Source: Dehalococcoidia bacterium
GTDB lineage: Bacteria > Chloroflexota > Dehalococcoidia > DSTF01 > JALHUB01
Direction of reading: 5' to 3'
Assembly (NCBI GenBank): GCA_034420175.1
Contig: DAOULP010000083.1
Coordinates: 191-64,190, forward strand
DNA: 64,000 nt
Positions within the stretch are counted from its first letter, which is position 1, and every line of letters begins with the position of its first letter. Positions 26,488 through 37,600 of the stretch are shown piece after piece. A model generated the notes under the pieces. That model made no database searches and was not told the origin of the DNA. It saw nothing but the letters and a program-made list of their open reading frames with translations. Made by a program: the position numbers and the translations under genes.

Positions 26488-27705
26488 ATGCTGCCCAAAC
26501 ATCCTGACCTCTACACCCACGACGAACTCGACACCTGGGTCAACCACCTGGTAGATGATCAGGTCGCGGAAGGGCCCCGTCTTGACTACAAGCAGTCAAT
26601 CGCCCTCGACAGCCAAAGCGAGCGCAGAGAGGCGGCCAAGGACATCTCGTCCTTTGCGAACGAGGTGGGCGGTTGCCTGATCTACGGTGTCCCGGAGAAG
26701 CGGCTTCCCCAGGACAGGGCAATTCCCCAGAGGCCGTACGGCATTGATCCCATCCCCGAAGTCGAGTCGCGTCTGGAGAACATCTACGTAGACGCGATCA
26801 AGCCTGTGCTCCAAGAGTGGCGCATCAGGAGGATCGGGCTCTCGCAATACCCCGGCAAGGTCGTCTATCTGGCATGGACACCGGAAAGCTGGGTAGGCGT
26901 GCACATGGTGGAAGCCTACGGGGATCGGCGCTACTACCGCCGCGGGCAACTGCGGGCCGTGGAGATGGCCGAGCACGAGGTCCGGGCCCGATATGAACGG
27001 GCTGCGGCTGCCCGCGACCGCCTTGCGGACTTCTTGTCTTCACCGGAACTCAACTACGTCCGCCAGCGGCTCCCCAAGGGCTTCGTTAGCCGCTACGTTG
27101 CCTCGCCGGTGCCGCTCACCACGACGAGAATAGACATGCAGAACAGCAGGTTCAGAGCCTGGCTTCAATCGCGTGCCGTGCCTCTGAGGCCGTGGCAGCC
27201 CTCCCCCTACGGAGCAAGGACCGACCTACCACGCGGGGGCTGGTCCCGTTCGGAGAGATACGCCGAGATCTTTCGAAACGGTGCCCTGGCGGTCTGGATC
27301 CCGACTGCCGCCGACCAAGAGAAGGATGGAACGTACACCTTCCCCTACCTTTGGGAGCTTAGTACACTCCTGGACTTCCTCAGATTTGCCAAGGACCTGT
27401 ACGGCGAGATTCAATACTGGGGGCCTCTCCGCTTCCTGGTGGATGTAGCCCACGAGTACACACCCGCCAGTGCCCTAACGTTCAGCCCCCCTACCCTCAG
27501 GTTCCCTGTCGGCCGGTTCAACTCGGACTGGCGTGCTCTTGAAACACACGATGGAGCACTCCGAGTTGCCGTAGAAGAATCGTCAGCAACCCTGCAGAAC
27601 AGCCCAAACAAGGTGCTCAAGCGACTTGCCGACGAGATATTCCACGCTTTCGGCCTCTGGGAGGCCACCTGTTTTGATGACGACCTGAACCTCATTCGTC
27701 GCTGA
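26488..27705 (+). CDS. AlbA_2 / Schlafen-like (putative DNA-binding, divergent ATPase-like) domain protein with an uncharacterised 250-aa C-terminal domain
   Basis: N-terminal EGPRLDYKQSIALDSQSERREAAKDISSFANEVGGCLIYGVPE matches the AlbA_2 (PF04326-type) signature E..LEFK.....kdisAFANt.GG.l..GV. Confidence 0.6.
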   Translation: MLPKHPDLYTHDELDTWVNHLVDDQVAEGPRLDYKQSIALDSQSERREAAKDISSFANEVGGCLIYGVPEKRLPQDRAIPQRPYGIDPIPEVESRLENIYVDAIKPVLQEWRIRRIGLSQYPGKVVYLAWTPESWVGVHMVEAYGDRRYYRRGQLRAVEMAEHEVRARYERAAAARDRLADFLSSPELNYVRQRLPKGFVSRYVASPVPLTTTRIDMQNSRFRAWLQSRAVPLRPWQPSPYGARTDLPRGGWSRSERYAEIFRNGALAVWIPTAADQEKDGTYTFPYLWELSTLLDFLRFAKDLYGEIQYWGPLRFLVDVAHEYTPASALTFSPPTLRFPVGRFNSDWRALETHDGALRVAVEESSATLQNSPNKVLKRLADEIFHAFGLWEATCFDDDLNLIRR

Positions 27706-28196
27706 CTCCCTGCCTCTCTAGTGCAGGGTGTCGCGTGATCGCACGGTGCAAGTTGCAGGGCTCGCCGACGAGCCCGGCGACATGAGATGCACTCCACACT
27801 CGCCGAAGTCCAACAGCCGCTCGTGAGACGGCGAGGCCCTGGTCCTCCCCAGGCAGAGGCATGCGCTGGAGCGGGCCAAAGACCAACCACATGAGTTGTG
27901 CGAGGCGGTCCGGAGGTATGCCCGCCCGTTCAGGCTGGGCGAACCCGGCGACGAACCGCTGAGCGTGGTGAGGGGGTAGCGCGGTGGCACCAAGGGGGAT
28001 ACGAGCGAGTCCCGCGCCCCTCGCAGGGCGAACACTGTGAGCGGATGGCGACGCCTGCGCTGCGCCGCGCAACGTGGCCGCCGTCAGCCGGGAAGAGGCG
28101 GCCATGCTCGGCCGCTGCGGCAACCGCCGACGCTCATTGAACGCGGGGACGGATTCGGGCGTTGGGGCGGTGGAGCACGTAGACGAAGCCGCGACA

Positions 28197-30698
28197 TCAC
28201 GCGGCCTTTCTTGATTCCTGTGCAGCGTCACGGAGGAGCTCAGATACCTCACGAGGCCGTCCAATGTGGTATCCCTGGGCGTAATCCACCCCGTGCTCCC
28301 GAAGCCATCGTAGGGTCTGCTCGTCGCCCACGAACTCGGCGATGGTCTTCATGGCCAGTCCACGGGCGACCTGCACCATGGCCCGAACCATATGCTGGTC
28401 CACCGGGCTCACTGGAAGATCGAGGACAAAGCTGCCGTCGATCTTCAAGTAGTCGACGGGCAGGTGCTTCAACTGATTGAAGGAGGAGAAGCCCACGCCG
28501 AAGTCATCAAGGGCGAAACGGCATCCGAGAGCCTTCAGAGTTCTCACGAATCCTTGTGCGTCACCGATGTTGGCTATGGCGGCCGTCTCCGTCACTTCCA
28601 GCACCAAAGATGCTGGATCAATCGAGGTCGCCTCCAGTTCCCGCTGTATCAGGGGCAGCAACTCGGCATCGGAGAACGCCTTGCCCGAGAGGTTGACCTC
28701 AAGCCGCAGATCCCTGCCACTGCGCATCTGCTCGGCGATGATGTGGATGGCCCGCGTCACCACCCAGCGGTCTATGGCCTGGATCATGCCAAAGCGTTCG
28801 GCGATGTCGACGAACGCCTTCGCAGGAACGATCTTGTCTCCTCCATCCAAGCGGAGCAGCAGCTCATACTGGCTGATTCTGTTTCTGGGTAGGTCGAGAA
28901 TGGGCTGGGCGTAGAGCATGAGAAGGTCCTTGTCTATGGCTTCCCGGACGCGGTTCCGCCAGCCGAGCCTGGAGCCGATCTCCTCTTGCCACTTCCTCTC
29001 CGGCGCATAGACGCGGTAGGTATTGCGCCCATCTTCCTTCGCCTGGTACATGGCCAGATCAGCGCGGGCAAGCAGCTCTTCAGCCGTGTCCCCGTGCTCT
29101 GGGTAGAACGCCACGCCAGCGCTTGCCGTGACGGTGATGGGGTGCCCGCCGATGACGAACGGATGGTGTCGCACCATCTCGATGAGTTGCTCAGCCAGCG
29201 CATCTGCCTCCTCGGCATCCGTGTGAGACAGCATAATGCAGAACTCGTCGCCCCCGGGGCGTGCGACGATGTCCGTCTTCCTGAGCCGTCGCCGCAGGAG
29301 GACAGCCAGGTTCGCAAGAAGCTCATCGCCCGCCCCGTGCCCCAGACTGTCGTTCACATCCTTGAACTGATCCAGGTCCAAGAACAGCAGCGCCCCGTGT
29401 GTGCCATAGCGCTCCGCTTCCGCCAGCTCGCGGTCGAGCTCCTCCTCCAATCGACGCCGATTGAACAGATCCGTCAAGGGGTCATGACTAGCCAGGTGTA
29501 TGAGTTGCCCTTCATAGCGCTTGCGCTCCGTGATGTCCCTGAAGGTGACGACCGCACCCAAGATCTCCCCGTGGTCGTCCCGGATCGGGGTCACGATGTA
29601 CTCGACCGGAAAGCTGGTGCCGTCCTTTCTCCAGAACAGCTCGTCTGTGACGCGGTGAACGGTACCGTCGCTGATGGCAGCGCAGACAAGACACTGCTCC
29701 TCGGGGTAGAGGGTGCCATCTGGCTTCGAGCGGTGCACCACGTCGTGGGATCCTTGGCCGATCAGGTCCGCCACCTCGCACCCAATCATTCGCGCTGCCG
29801 CCGGGTTTGCGAACGTGGTCCGCCCTTGCCGGTCGACCCCGAAGATGCCTTCCCCCGCTGCCTTGAGAATGAGTTCGTTCTGTCGACTCACCCGCAGTAG
29901 ATCTTCCTCTGCGTGCTGGCGCCCGGCGACCATCAGATTGAAGTCCTGGGCAAGAGATGTCACCTCGCTAGGTCCGGAGACTTCGGCTCTCACACTCAAG
30001 TCGCCCTGCGTGATCGCCTTGACACTGCCCCGTAGCAACCTCAGGGGGCGCACGACCGAGAAGACCAGCATGACCACGAGCGCCGTCCCGCCGGTTAGGG
30101 CGACCGCGCTTAGGCCGACCATCAGCGTAGTGGTCATCTGGGAGGCCCGGTCCGCCGCCGCCCCTGCGCTGGCCAGCTCCGCCTGCTGCCGCAAGGACAA
30201 TTGACTCAGCTCGGTCGTCCGCGCGCCGGTAGTGGGCCACATTAGCGGGAAGTAGTATTGGCCCATATCGATTCTGGTGGAGATGTCGGCGGTGAGGGCC
30301 CTTTCGACACTCGCCTCTATCGTTGCGTCCTCCCGAGCGGTCTCGGCAGCGAACTGCTCCAGCACAGCCAAGCCATCTTCGTCGCCCAGAGCGCTGAGCC
30401 CAGCCAGACTCTGGTCAAGCGCCAGAGATCGCTCCTCCACTGTCTCATGGTACAGGTCAATGAAGGGAGTTGCGTCTTCTGCGAACACGGCAGCGGCCAG
30501 CATCGTCATGCCCCTCAGCGCCTGATAGCGCACGTTCTCCAGGGCGACGACGACCTCAGATCTCTGCTCCAGCGAGCGGTGGCGACGCCCCTGATCGCGG
30601 GCGTAGGAAAGGCCCACGATCGCCACGATCGCGAGAATCAGCATGAAGCCGGTGCCAGCCAGCAAGGACCGTCCTTGGGCCGATCTCCAACTGAACAT
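28197..30698 (-). CDS. Membrane sensor diguanylate cyclase/phosphodiesterase (periplasmic sensor, HAMP, PAS, GGDEF, EAL)
   Basis: Two TM segments flank a periplasmic domain. HAMP (ITQGDLSVRAEVSGPSEVTSLAQDFN). PAS. GGDEF motif RPGGDEF. EAL motifs YELLLRL and EVTET. Confidence 0.9.
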   Translation of the reverse strand: MFSWRSAQGRSLLAGTGFMLILAIVAIVGLSYARDQGRRHRSLEQRSEVVVALENVRYQALRGMTMLAAAVFAEDATPFIDLYHETVEERSLALDQSLAGLSALGDEDGLAVLEQFAAETAREDATIEASVERALTADISTRIDMGQYYFPLMWPTTGARTTELSQLSLRQQAELASAGAAADRASQMTTTLMVGLSAVALTGGTALVVMLVFSVVRPLRLLRGSVKAITQGDLSVRAEVSGPSEVTSLAQDFNLMVAGRQHAEEDLLRVSRQNELILKAAGEGIFGVDRQGRTTFANPAAARMIGCEVADLIGQGSHDVVHRSKPDGTLYPEEQCLVCAAISDGTVHRVTDELFWRKDGTSFPVEYIVTPIRDDHGEILGAVVTFRDITERKRYEGQLIHLASHDPLTDLFNRRRLEEELDRELAEAERYGTHGALLFLDLDQFKDVNDSLGHGAGDELLANLAVLLRRRLRKTDIVARPGGDEFCIMLSHTDAEEADALAEQLIEMVRHHPFVIGGHPITVTASAGVAFYPEHGDTAEELLARADLAMYQAKEDGRNTYRVYAPERKWQEEIGSRLGWRNRVREAIDKDLLMLYAQPILDLPRNRISQYELLLRLDGGDKIVPAKAFVDIAERFGMIQAIDRWVVTRAIHIIAEQMRSGRDLRLEVNLSGKAFSDAELLPLIQRELEATSIDPASLVLEVTETAAIANIGDAQGFVRTLKALGCRFALDDFGVGFSSFNQLKHLPVDYLKIDGSFVLDLPVSPVDQHMVRAMVQVARGLAMKTIAEFVGDEQTLRWLREHGVDYAQGYHIGRPREVSELLRDAAQESRKAA

Positions 30699-31555
30699 CT
30701 CGGGGCTCGTTCCACTCCTCTCCAGGACTGTGGGGTGCCATGGCGCCCGCGATCAACCGGGGGCGTGACGCCACGTCCCTCCACATCTGGTTATCGGCTG
30801 GACCGCTGACTCCGACATGCGCCTTCGGACTGACAGGGGCTCAGCCCCCAGGTAGACTACTCGCCTCTGCCGGGGGCTACTCACAGGACCCCTACGAGGG
30901 CGCCAGGTTCGAGCCGCCTCACTTCGGGCGCTGACATCGGCGACATCGGGAGCGCCGAAGGCTCCGCGCCGCAAGCGCCGGCCCAGGTGCTCGGTGGCAG
31001 TGACGTCGCCCAGGGCCTTCGCGGCGGCATCCCAAACGGGGCTGCGCGGTTGGTGTCCCTGGGCCTCGCACCTCTCGTTCGTAGCCTCTGCGGTCTCCTC
31101 ATAGGCTTTCCTGAGCCGGCGCTGCATGCGCCAGTCGAGGAACCGGCGCGTGGCGAGGCTGGCTGCAAACCTTGTGGCTGCCAGGGCGATGGTCGGCTCG
31201 GTCATGGCTCGTGTACCAGGAGCGCGATATGTCGCGGGCAGTTCAACCGCACGAGAGTGCTTCGCAGTTCGAGACGTACCGGGCGGCCCGGAGTCTGGCG
31301 GATGATAGTCAGGCTGTCGACGTCTGAGGCCAGTCGGGTGGCGCGCCGTTCGGGCCGTCCTCGGGGCGGCAATCCCCGAGATGACGGCGGACGGCCTGCA
31401 TCCGCCGAAAGGGTGAGGCGGGCTCACCCTCTCGGTCGATGCTGCGTCCGCCGGGACTTGCCGACCAACAAGCTGAGGGCCCTATTGGCCGATTCTGCAC
31501 CGAGAGACACGCTGCCCAGGTGCATTGACGGCTGGTCCAAGGGGGGAGCTTCCGG

Positions 31556-32356
31556 ATGAGACCTGGCACGTCCCCAGGGACAGTACCCCCTGGAAAGCGC
31601 GAGACACCGGAGGCCCGCCTCTTCCGATTGCATACCTCCCGAAGGAGCAGGACCCGTGCTGTATGGCTCGCCGTAGGTGCCACGGCGGCCATGACTGTGG
31701 TGCTTGTGGTCTGGATGATCCCTTGGGTGCCGGCCGGCATGACTGCGGACGACTACAGCCCCGCCGTACGGGTCGCCTTGGCGCTGGCCACCGGCAGCAC
31801 TGCCCTGAGTCTCCTGGCTCTGTTTGCACGACAGCCCATCGACGGAGAAGGAGAAGTCGCGCAGGTATGGCACAGTCTGTTGGGTAGCCGTAAAACATTA
31901 CGGAACCGCACCCAGTTCCACAAGCGGCTCGCGAGGGAGTGCGAGCGCGCACAGCGCGATCAGCGGCGCTGGCTGTCACTGCTGGTGGTGCGCGTCCAAG
32001 GGAATGGTGACTGCGGCATCAGAGGAAGCGCAGATGCCTTTGAGCTCATCGCAGGCTCAATGGTGCCGCTGGTGCGGTCCAGCGACGTCATCGGGATGGC
32101 GGGGGACAGCGAACTCGGTGTCCTCGCCATCGGCGCGGACGCCAAGGCACGGGAGATCATCTGTCTGAGGTTTGAGCCGGCGCTCGCCTCCGCCCTGCGC
32201 GAATGGTGGGCAGAGGCCGGGGTGTCCGGCAGGGAGGCCCTCGTCTCACTGGGAGCCAGCACCTTTGGCGCCGACGGAATTGAGCCGGGTCATCTGTTGG
32301 CCGCGGCCCGGGACTCGCTCACCCCTGTCATCCCTGGATCCAGGAGCGCTGCGTAG
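31556..32356 (+). CDS. Membrane protein with a degenerate GGDEF-like domain. Paralog of the 42062-42859 gene.
   Basis: N-terminal TM pair (AVWLAVGATAAMTVVLVVWMIPWVPAG...). RLARECERAQRDQRRWLSLLVVRV resembles the GGDEF A-site region, but no GG(D/E)EF motif. PWVPAGMTADDYSPAVRVALAL aligns with the paralog's PWFPGGLSEEDYSSQVALTL. Confidence 0.55.
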   Translation: MRPGTSPGTVPPGKRETPEARLFRLHTSRRSRTRAVWLAVGATAAMTVVLVVWMIPWVPAGMTADDYSPAVRVALALATGSTALSLLALFARQPIDGEGEVAQVWHSLLGSRKTLRNRTQFHKRLARECERAQRDQRRWLSLLVVRVQGNGDCGIRGSADAFELIAGSMVPLVRSSDVIGMAGDSELGVLAIGADAKAREIICLRFEPALASALREWWAEAGVSGREALVSLGASTFGADGIEPGHLLAAARDSLTPVIPGSRSAA

Positions 32357-32644
32357 CAGCCCGAGCGGCCCCACCCATGCCCTCGTCTGGCCTGACACGG
32401 TCTGCCGCCCCCTGGCCGTGTTCGTGAGGTGTCGTGCGGCGCATGCGCGGACTCCAGGAAGGCGGTGCAGCTCTGGGCGGCCCGCGCGCCGTCGGCGTTC
32501 CCACAGTACTCCTTCCGGCGTATGAGAAGATTCTGCCTTTTGACAGATACCCGCGCCGCCGCAGCGGCCGACGCTGTCACTAGGGAGCGATTCTCGCCTT
32601 GGTCGCATCCCGAGGGCTGATGCGCAACAAGAGGGAGGTCTTCC

Positions 32645-33016
32645 ATGGAGGCCAGGACACAAACCAGGAGAACGCGGAGTGGTGAAGACGGCTTCACGCT
32701 GGTTGAGCTTCTCATCGTTGTGGCCATTCTGGCCGTACTCGTCGCCGTCGTACTGCCCAACTTCACCGGCCTGCTGGGTGGCAGCCAGACGACAGCCGCC
32801 GAGGCCGAGAAGGTCATCGTGCAGACGGCTGTGGACGCCAAGATGGCGGACCAGGGCATGGCGACAACAACCGCCATCACTACGGCGACCAGCGACATGA
32901 CAACGGCCGCTGGTGGCTTTGGGCTGACGCCGACCTACATGCGCAGCACGGCCACCAACGGGACCTATACGGTCAACACCGCCGGGCAGGTCACGCAGGC
33001 CAGCACAGGGTACTGA
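32645..33016 (+). CDS. Type IV pilin / pseudopilin-like protein (prepilin N-methylation domain)
   Basis: Leader ending SGEDG then FTLVELLIVVAILAVLVAVVLPNF, the class III signal with Glu5. Thr/Ala-rich C-terminal part. Confidence 0.8.
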   Translation: MEARTQTRRTRSGEDGFTLVELLIVVAILAVLVAVVLPNFTGLLGGSQTTAAEAEKVIVQTAVDAKMADQGMATTTAITTATSDMTTAAGGFGLTPTYMRSTATNGTYTVNTAGQVTQASTGY

Positions 33017-33132
33017 CCCCGGCTTGGCATCGTGACGAGGTCGCGCCCAACCCCGGGCAACCTGACGAGACCAGTGCCAAGCCTGCCCGGCAACGCCCGA
33101 CCAGAAGGCGACTCCGGCGGGGAAGGGGTGCC

Positions 33133-33525
33133 ATGGGTGAGAAGATCCTTGTAGTCGAGGATTCGCCGACCGCTCTCCGGCTGGTGACCTTCGCCCTGGA
33201 GTCTGAGGGCTATGAGGTCATCTCGGCCGTCAACGGCCTTGAGGGCCTGCGCAAGGCCCGCGCCGAGGCGCCAGCTCTCGTCGTGCTGGACCTGGTGCTC
33301 CCCGGGATTGACGGAGGCGAGGTCTGCCAGCAGCTGCGCTCGGACCAGTGCAGCTCTCAAGCCCGCCTGCCCATTCTGGTGCTCAGCGCCTACCCTCAAT
33401 ACGCGGAGTGGTTGGCCCGCAGGGAAGACGGCGCCGACCGCTACCTCCCCAAGCCTGCCACGCCGGAAGAGATCACGGAGGCGGTCCGCAGCCTTCTCGA
33501 CGCGCGCCAGGACCCCGATGGCTGA
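33133..33525 (+). CDS. Single-domain response regulator (CheY-like receiver)
   Basis: KILVVEDSPTALRLV...LVVLDLVLPGIDGGEV...YLPKP shows the receiver-domain hallmarks. Confidence 0.85.
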   Translation: MGEKILVVEDSPTALRLVTFALESEGYEVISAVNGLEGLRKARAEAPALVVLDLVLPGIDGGEVCQQLRSDQCSSQARLPILVLSAYPQYAEWLARREDGADRYLPKPATPEEITEAVRSLLDARQDPDG

Positions 33526-33852
33526 GGTCTCTGCGTCGTCAACATCGCTGATGCCGGCTCGCTGGCGACGGAGCAGCTCGACGGCACGATGGCGCAAGCG
33601 GAGTTGAGTCGCCGATTCGCCTGAACCTCTCTTGTCAGCGTCTGGCTGATTACCGTACTTCGCGGCCGGTTCGGTGCACCCGCATGGCGCTTCTTTCAGT
33701 TGACTTGAAAAGTCCTGCCTGGGGTGGTAAAAAGCAGTGTGACCTGCGCCATGTGCCTGACACCGCTCGGATGCGGAATCTAGCTTCGGTTCGGGAGGAG
33801 CCCCTGATAACCGGCCGGGGGTAACAGCGCGAAGGAGCCGCTGAGGCGCGCC

Positions 33853-34593
33853 ATGCCGTCCCCGCCTCGGTCGCCGCGGAGAGGTCAGCCCAGCGTCCTG
33901 GTAGCGGACGATGACCCCGGTATCCTCGTCGTTCTCTCACGGGCCCTTGAGTCGAACGGCTTCCTCGTCTTCACCTGCAGCGACGGCCGCGAGGCCGTCA
34001 ATCTGCAGGAGCAGCTCCGCCCTTCTCTCGTAGTCCTCGACGTCAGAATGCCCAAGATGGACGGGCTCGCCGCCTGCCGGGACATTCGTTCCCAGTCCGA
34101 CGTGCCCATCGTCATGCTTACTGTCCTGGCCGGTGAGTCCGACGCCGCCCACGCCCTCGAGATGGGGGCGGACGACTACGTGAGGAAACCTTTCGGGCTG
34201 GACGAGTTCATGGCCCGTGTCAAAGCCGTTCTCAGGCGCACCGGCGTCACGGACTCCGGCGGGGAGCGGCTCGTGGCCGGCCCGCTGGTGGTCGACGAAC
34301 GCGAGCATCGGGTTGCCGTCGACGGTGTGGAGATCCCGCTGTCGAGGACTGAGTTCGCCCTTCTCGCCTACCTGGTCCGGAACGAGAACCGGGTGCTGAC
34401 CCATGACCAGATCCTCGAACGGGTCTGGGGTCCCGAGTACGTCGGGGCCCACAACGTGCTGCGCATGATGATGACCCGTCTACGTCAGAAACTGCGAACC
34501 CTGGACGCCCCGGTCATCGAGACCCTTGCGGGCGTCGGCTACCGACTAAAGCCACCCAATGATGAGCCGGAGGATGCCACGTCCTTCGACTAG
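33853..34593 (+). CDS. OmpR/PhoB-family two-component response regulator
   Basis: Receiver (VLVADDDPGILVVLSRALE...VVLDVRMPKMDGLAA) plus winged-helix Trans_reg_C (LSRTEFALLAYLVRNENRVLTHDQILERVWG...VGYRL). Confidence 0.9.
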   Translation: MPSPPRSPRRGQPSVLVADDDPGILVVLSRALESNGFLVFTCSDGREAVNLQEQLRPSLVVLDVRMPKMDGLAACRDIRSQSDVPIVMLTVLAGESDAAHALEMGADDYVRKPFGLDEFMARVKAVLRRTGVTDSGGERLVAGPLVVDEREHRVAVDGVEIPLSRTEFALLAYLVRNENRVLTHDQILERVWGPEYVGAHNVLRMMMTRLRQKLRTLDAPVIETLAGVGYRLKPPNDEPEDATSFD

Positions 34594-34638
34594 GCGGCTG
34601 GCGGAAAGCTACTCGCGGCGGAAAGAGGGGGTCGGCAG

Positions 34639-37600
34639 ATGGGAGACAAGGACCGGATCCCAAAACACCTCGCTCGCGAGCGGGCGCAGTCAAGAACGGG
34701 CAGGAAGGCTCACGCACGACCGTCCTCGGCCGTGCGCGAAGACGTTGGGGCGTACCAACGAGTCCTGGAGGACCTCGGCGAGGTACTCATCCGGGCAGAC
34801 GCCGACGGCACCATCGTCGAAGTCAGCCCATCGCCACTTGCATATGGGTACACCGCTGAGGACCTGATCGGGAAGCCCGCGCCGCGATTCTATGGGGGTT
34901 CGGAACAACGTGCGGCACTGCTGGCGGCCCTCGCCGAACACGGCGAGGTCACGGACTACGAGGTGCGCCTCAGGGCCAGGGACGGCCGCACCGTGGTCGC
35001 TTCCGCAAACGTACGTCTGCTTCGCCGTCCCGACGGCACGGTTGTCGGGGCTGAGGCTCTGCTCCGCGACATCACGGCGCGAAAACGGGCGGAGGAGGAG
35101 CTGCGAAAGGCCCACGATGAGCTGGAAGCGCGGGTGGCCGAGCGGACCGCGGAGCTGCTGAGGGCCAACGAACGCCTGGGCCAAGAGATCGAAGAGCGCA
35201 GGCGGGCGGAGCAGGCGGCTAGGGAGTCGGAATCGAAGTGGCGCTCGCTGGTGGAAAACGCTCCCGCCCTGATCATGACTCTCGACCGCGACGGCACGAT
35301 CCAGTTCGCCAACCACGGGGTGACAGGAGCTCCCCTGGAAGAGGCGATCGGGTCCTCGATCTTCAGGTACGCACCACCCCAGTATCACGATGACATGAGG
35401 GAGGTCTTCGCGCGGGTCTTCGAGACAGGGGAGATCGGCGGGGACTTCGACGTCCCCTGGCCAGAGGCAGATGGCAGCACGTCGTGGCATTCGGCGCGGG
35501 TGGGGCCCCTGAGGCAGAACGGCGAAGTCGTCGCCCTCACCATCATCGCGACGGAGGTGACGGAACGCAACCAGGCGGAGAACGCGCTACGGGAGAGCGA
35601 GGAGCGGTTCCATCGGCTGGCGGACGCGAGTTTCGAGGGCGTCGCCGTCCATGACAAAGGCAGGATCCTCGAGGCTAGTGAGCAGTATGCTTCGATGTTT
35701 GGCTATGCACTTTCCGACGTGATAGGGCGGCACGCGCTGGAGTTCACCGCGCCAGAGTGGCGGGCTCTTCTGGCGCAGCAGCTCGAGTCGGGGTTCGAAG
35801 GGCCGTTCGAGGCGGTAGGTCTAAGAAGGGACGGCACTACGTTCTGGGGTGAGGTGCGGGCGAAGGCCATCCCGTACCGAGGACGCACGGTCAGCGTGAC
35901 AGCCATACGCGACATTGCGGAGCGCAAGGAGGCGGAGGAGGCGCTTCGGGAGAGCGAGCGGCGCTTCCGGGATGTCCTGAGTGTCTCCCGTGACCTGACC
36001 TACAGGCTGAATCTGCAGATCGGGAGCTTTGACTACGTCAGCCCGTCCGTGCTCCGGCTGACAGGTTTCACGGTCAAGGAGTTCGTAGCTCTTGGCTGGA
36101 AAGGCGTTGCGAAGAGGTTCACCCCTGATACGCGGCCACACTTGCAGGGGATCGGCGACGGCCAGCCCAATCTTTCGATCGAGGCCGAAGAGACGCCTGA
36201 GGTCGAGTACCGATGGAGAGTCAAGAACGGTGAGTACCGCTGGTTTCGCGACAACAGGGCCCCGATCCGGGATGAACAGGGGCGGCCCGTCGCCGTAGTG
36301 GGCACGACCAGCGACGTCACGGAGCGCAAGCGAGCGGAGGAGGCCCTGCGCGAGAGTGAGGAGCGCCTGCGTGAGGTCTTGGACGCGTCCCGCGATGTCA
36401 TCTTTAGGCGCAGCCTACGGACCGACGAATTCGAGTACGTGAGCCCGGCCGCGTTTGAAGTCACCGGGTTCACTGCCGAGCAGCACGTTGCCATGGGCCG
36501 CAAGGGCGCTGACAAGAGGATTCACCCGGACGACCTCCCCGTACTGGACGCCCACACAGAGCGTCTGCTCAGTTCCGCCGGAGAAGAGGACACCATTCCT
36601 CCGGTCGACTACCGTTGGAGACACAAGGACGGGGAGTACCGCTGGATGAGCAGCAACCGTGTGCTGGTTCGCGACAGCGATGGTGAGCCAGTGGCCATCG
36701 TAGGCACCGTTCGCGACATCACGCAGCGCAAGCGGGTCGAGCAGGCCCTCCGCGATGGTGAGGAGCGGTTGCGCACAGTCGTCACCAATGCTCCTGTGAT
36801 CCTGTTCGCCACTGACAGCGACGGAGCGTTCACACTCTGTGACGGCAAAGGCCTCCAAGGCCTGGGAATGGCGCCAGGCGAGCATGTCGGCCAGTCGGTG
36901 TTCGATGTCTATCGTGACGTTCCGGTGATTGTTGACCACGCACGGCGAGCGCTGGCTGGCGAATCCTCGACGGCGCTGGTAGATCTCGGAGAGCTGACGT
37001 TTGAGGTTCACTGTACGCCTGTCCGTGACCACCAGGGGCGAATCACAGGCGGCATCGGCGTTGCCATCGATATCACAGAGCGCAAGCGGGCTGAGGAAGC
37101 GCTTCGGCAGAGCGAGGAGCGGTTTCGACTGCTGTACGAGGAAGCTCCTATCGGCTACCAGTCGCTGGATGAGGAGGGGCGCGTACTGACGGTAAACAAG
37201 ACTTGGCTGGCGCTTCTCGGGTACGCCAGCGACGAAGTCATCGGCCGGCCGTTCGGCGAGTTCCTCGTTCCGAGCCAGCAAGGACTCTACCAAGAGCGAT
37301 TCTCGCGATTCAGGGCTGCTGGCGAGGTTCACGATGTTGAGTTCGAGATGGTGCGCAAGGATGGGTCGCGCTTCCTGGGGCTCTTCGACGGAGTCATAGG
37401 CCGCGATGATCGAGGCGCGTTCAGGCAGACGCATTGCACCATGCACGACGTCACGGAACGGCGACGGGCCGAACAGGCGCTACGTGAGAGCGAGGAGCGC
37501 CTGCGCACCGTCGTGGCAAACGCGCCGCTATTCTTGTTCGCCACCGACCGGGATGGTGTGGTCATGCTGTCGGAAGGCAAGGGTTTGGAGAGCATTGGCC

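Noticed and set aside
30753-31559. ORFs 30753-31427 (minus, 224 aa) and 30987-31559 (plus, 190 aa) as full-length genes
   Set aside because: Mutually overlapping. No RBS, no domain, biased composition. Only the internal MTEPTIALAA... segment is kept as a low-interest possibility in the findings.
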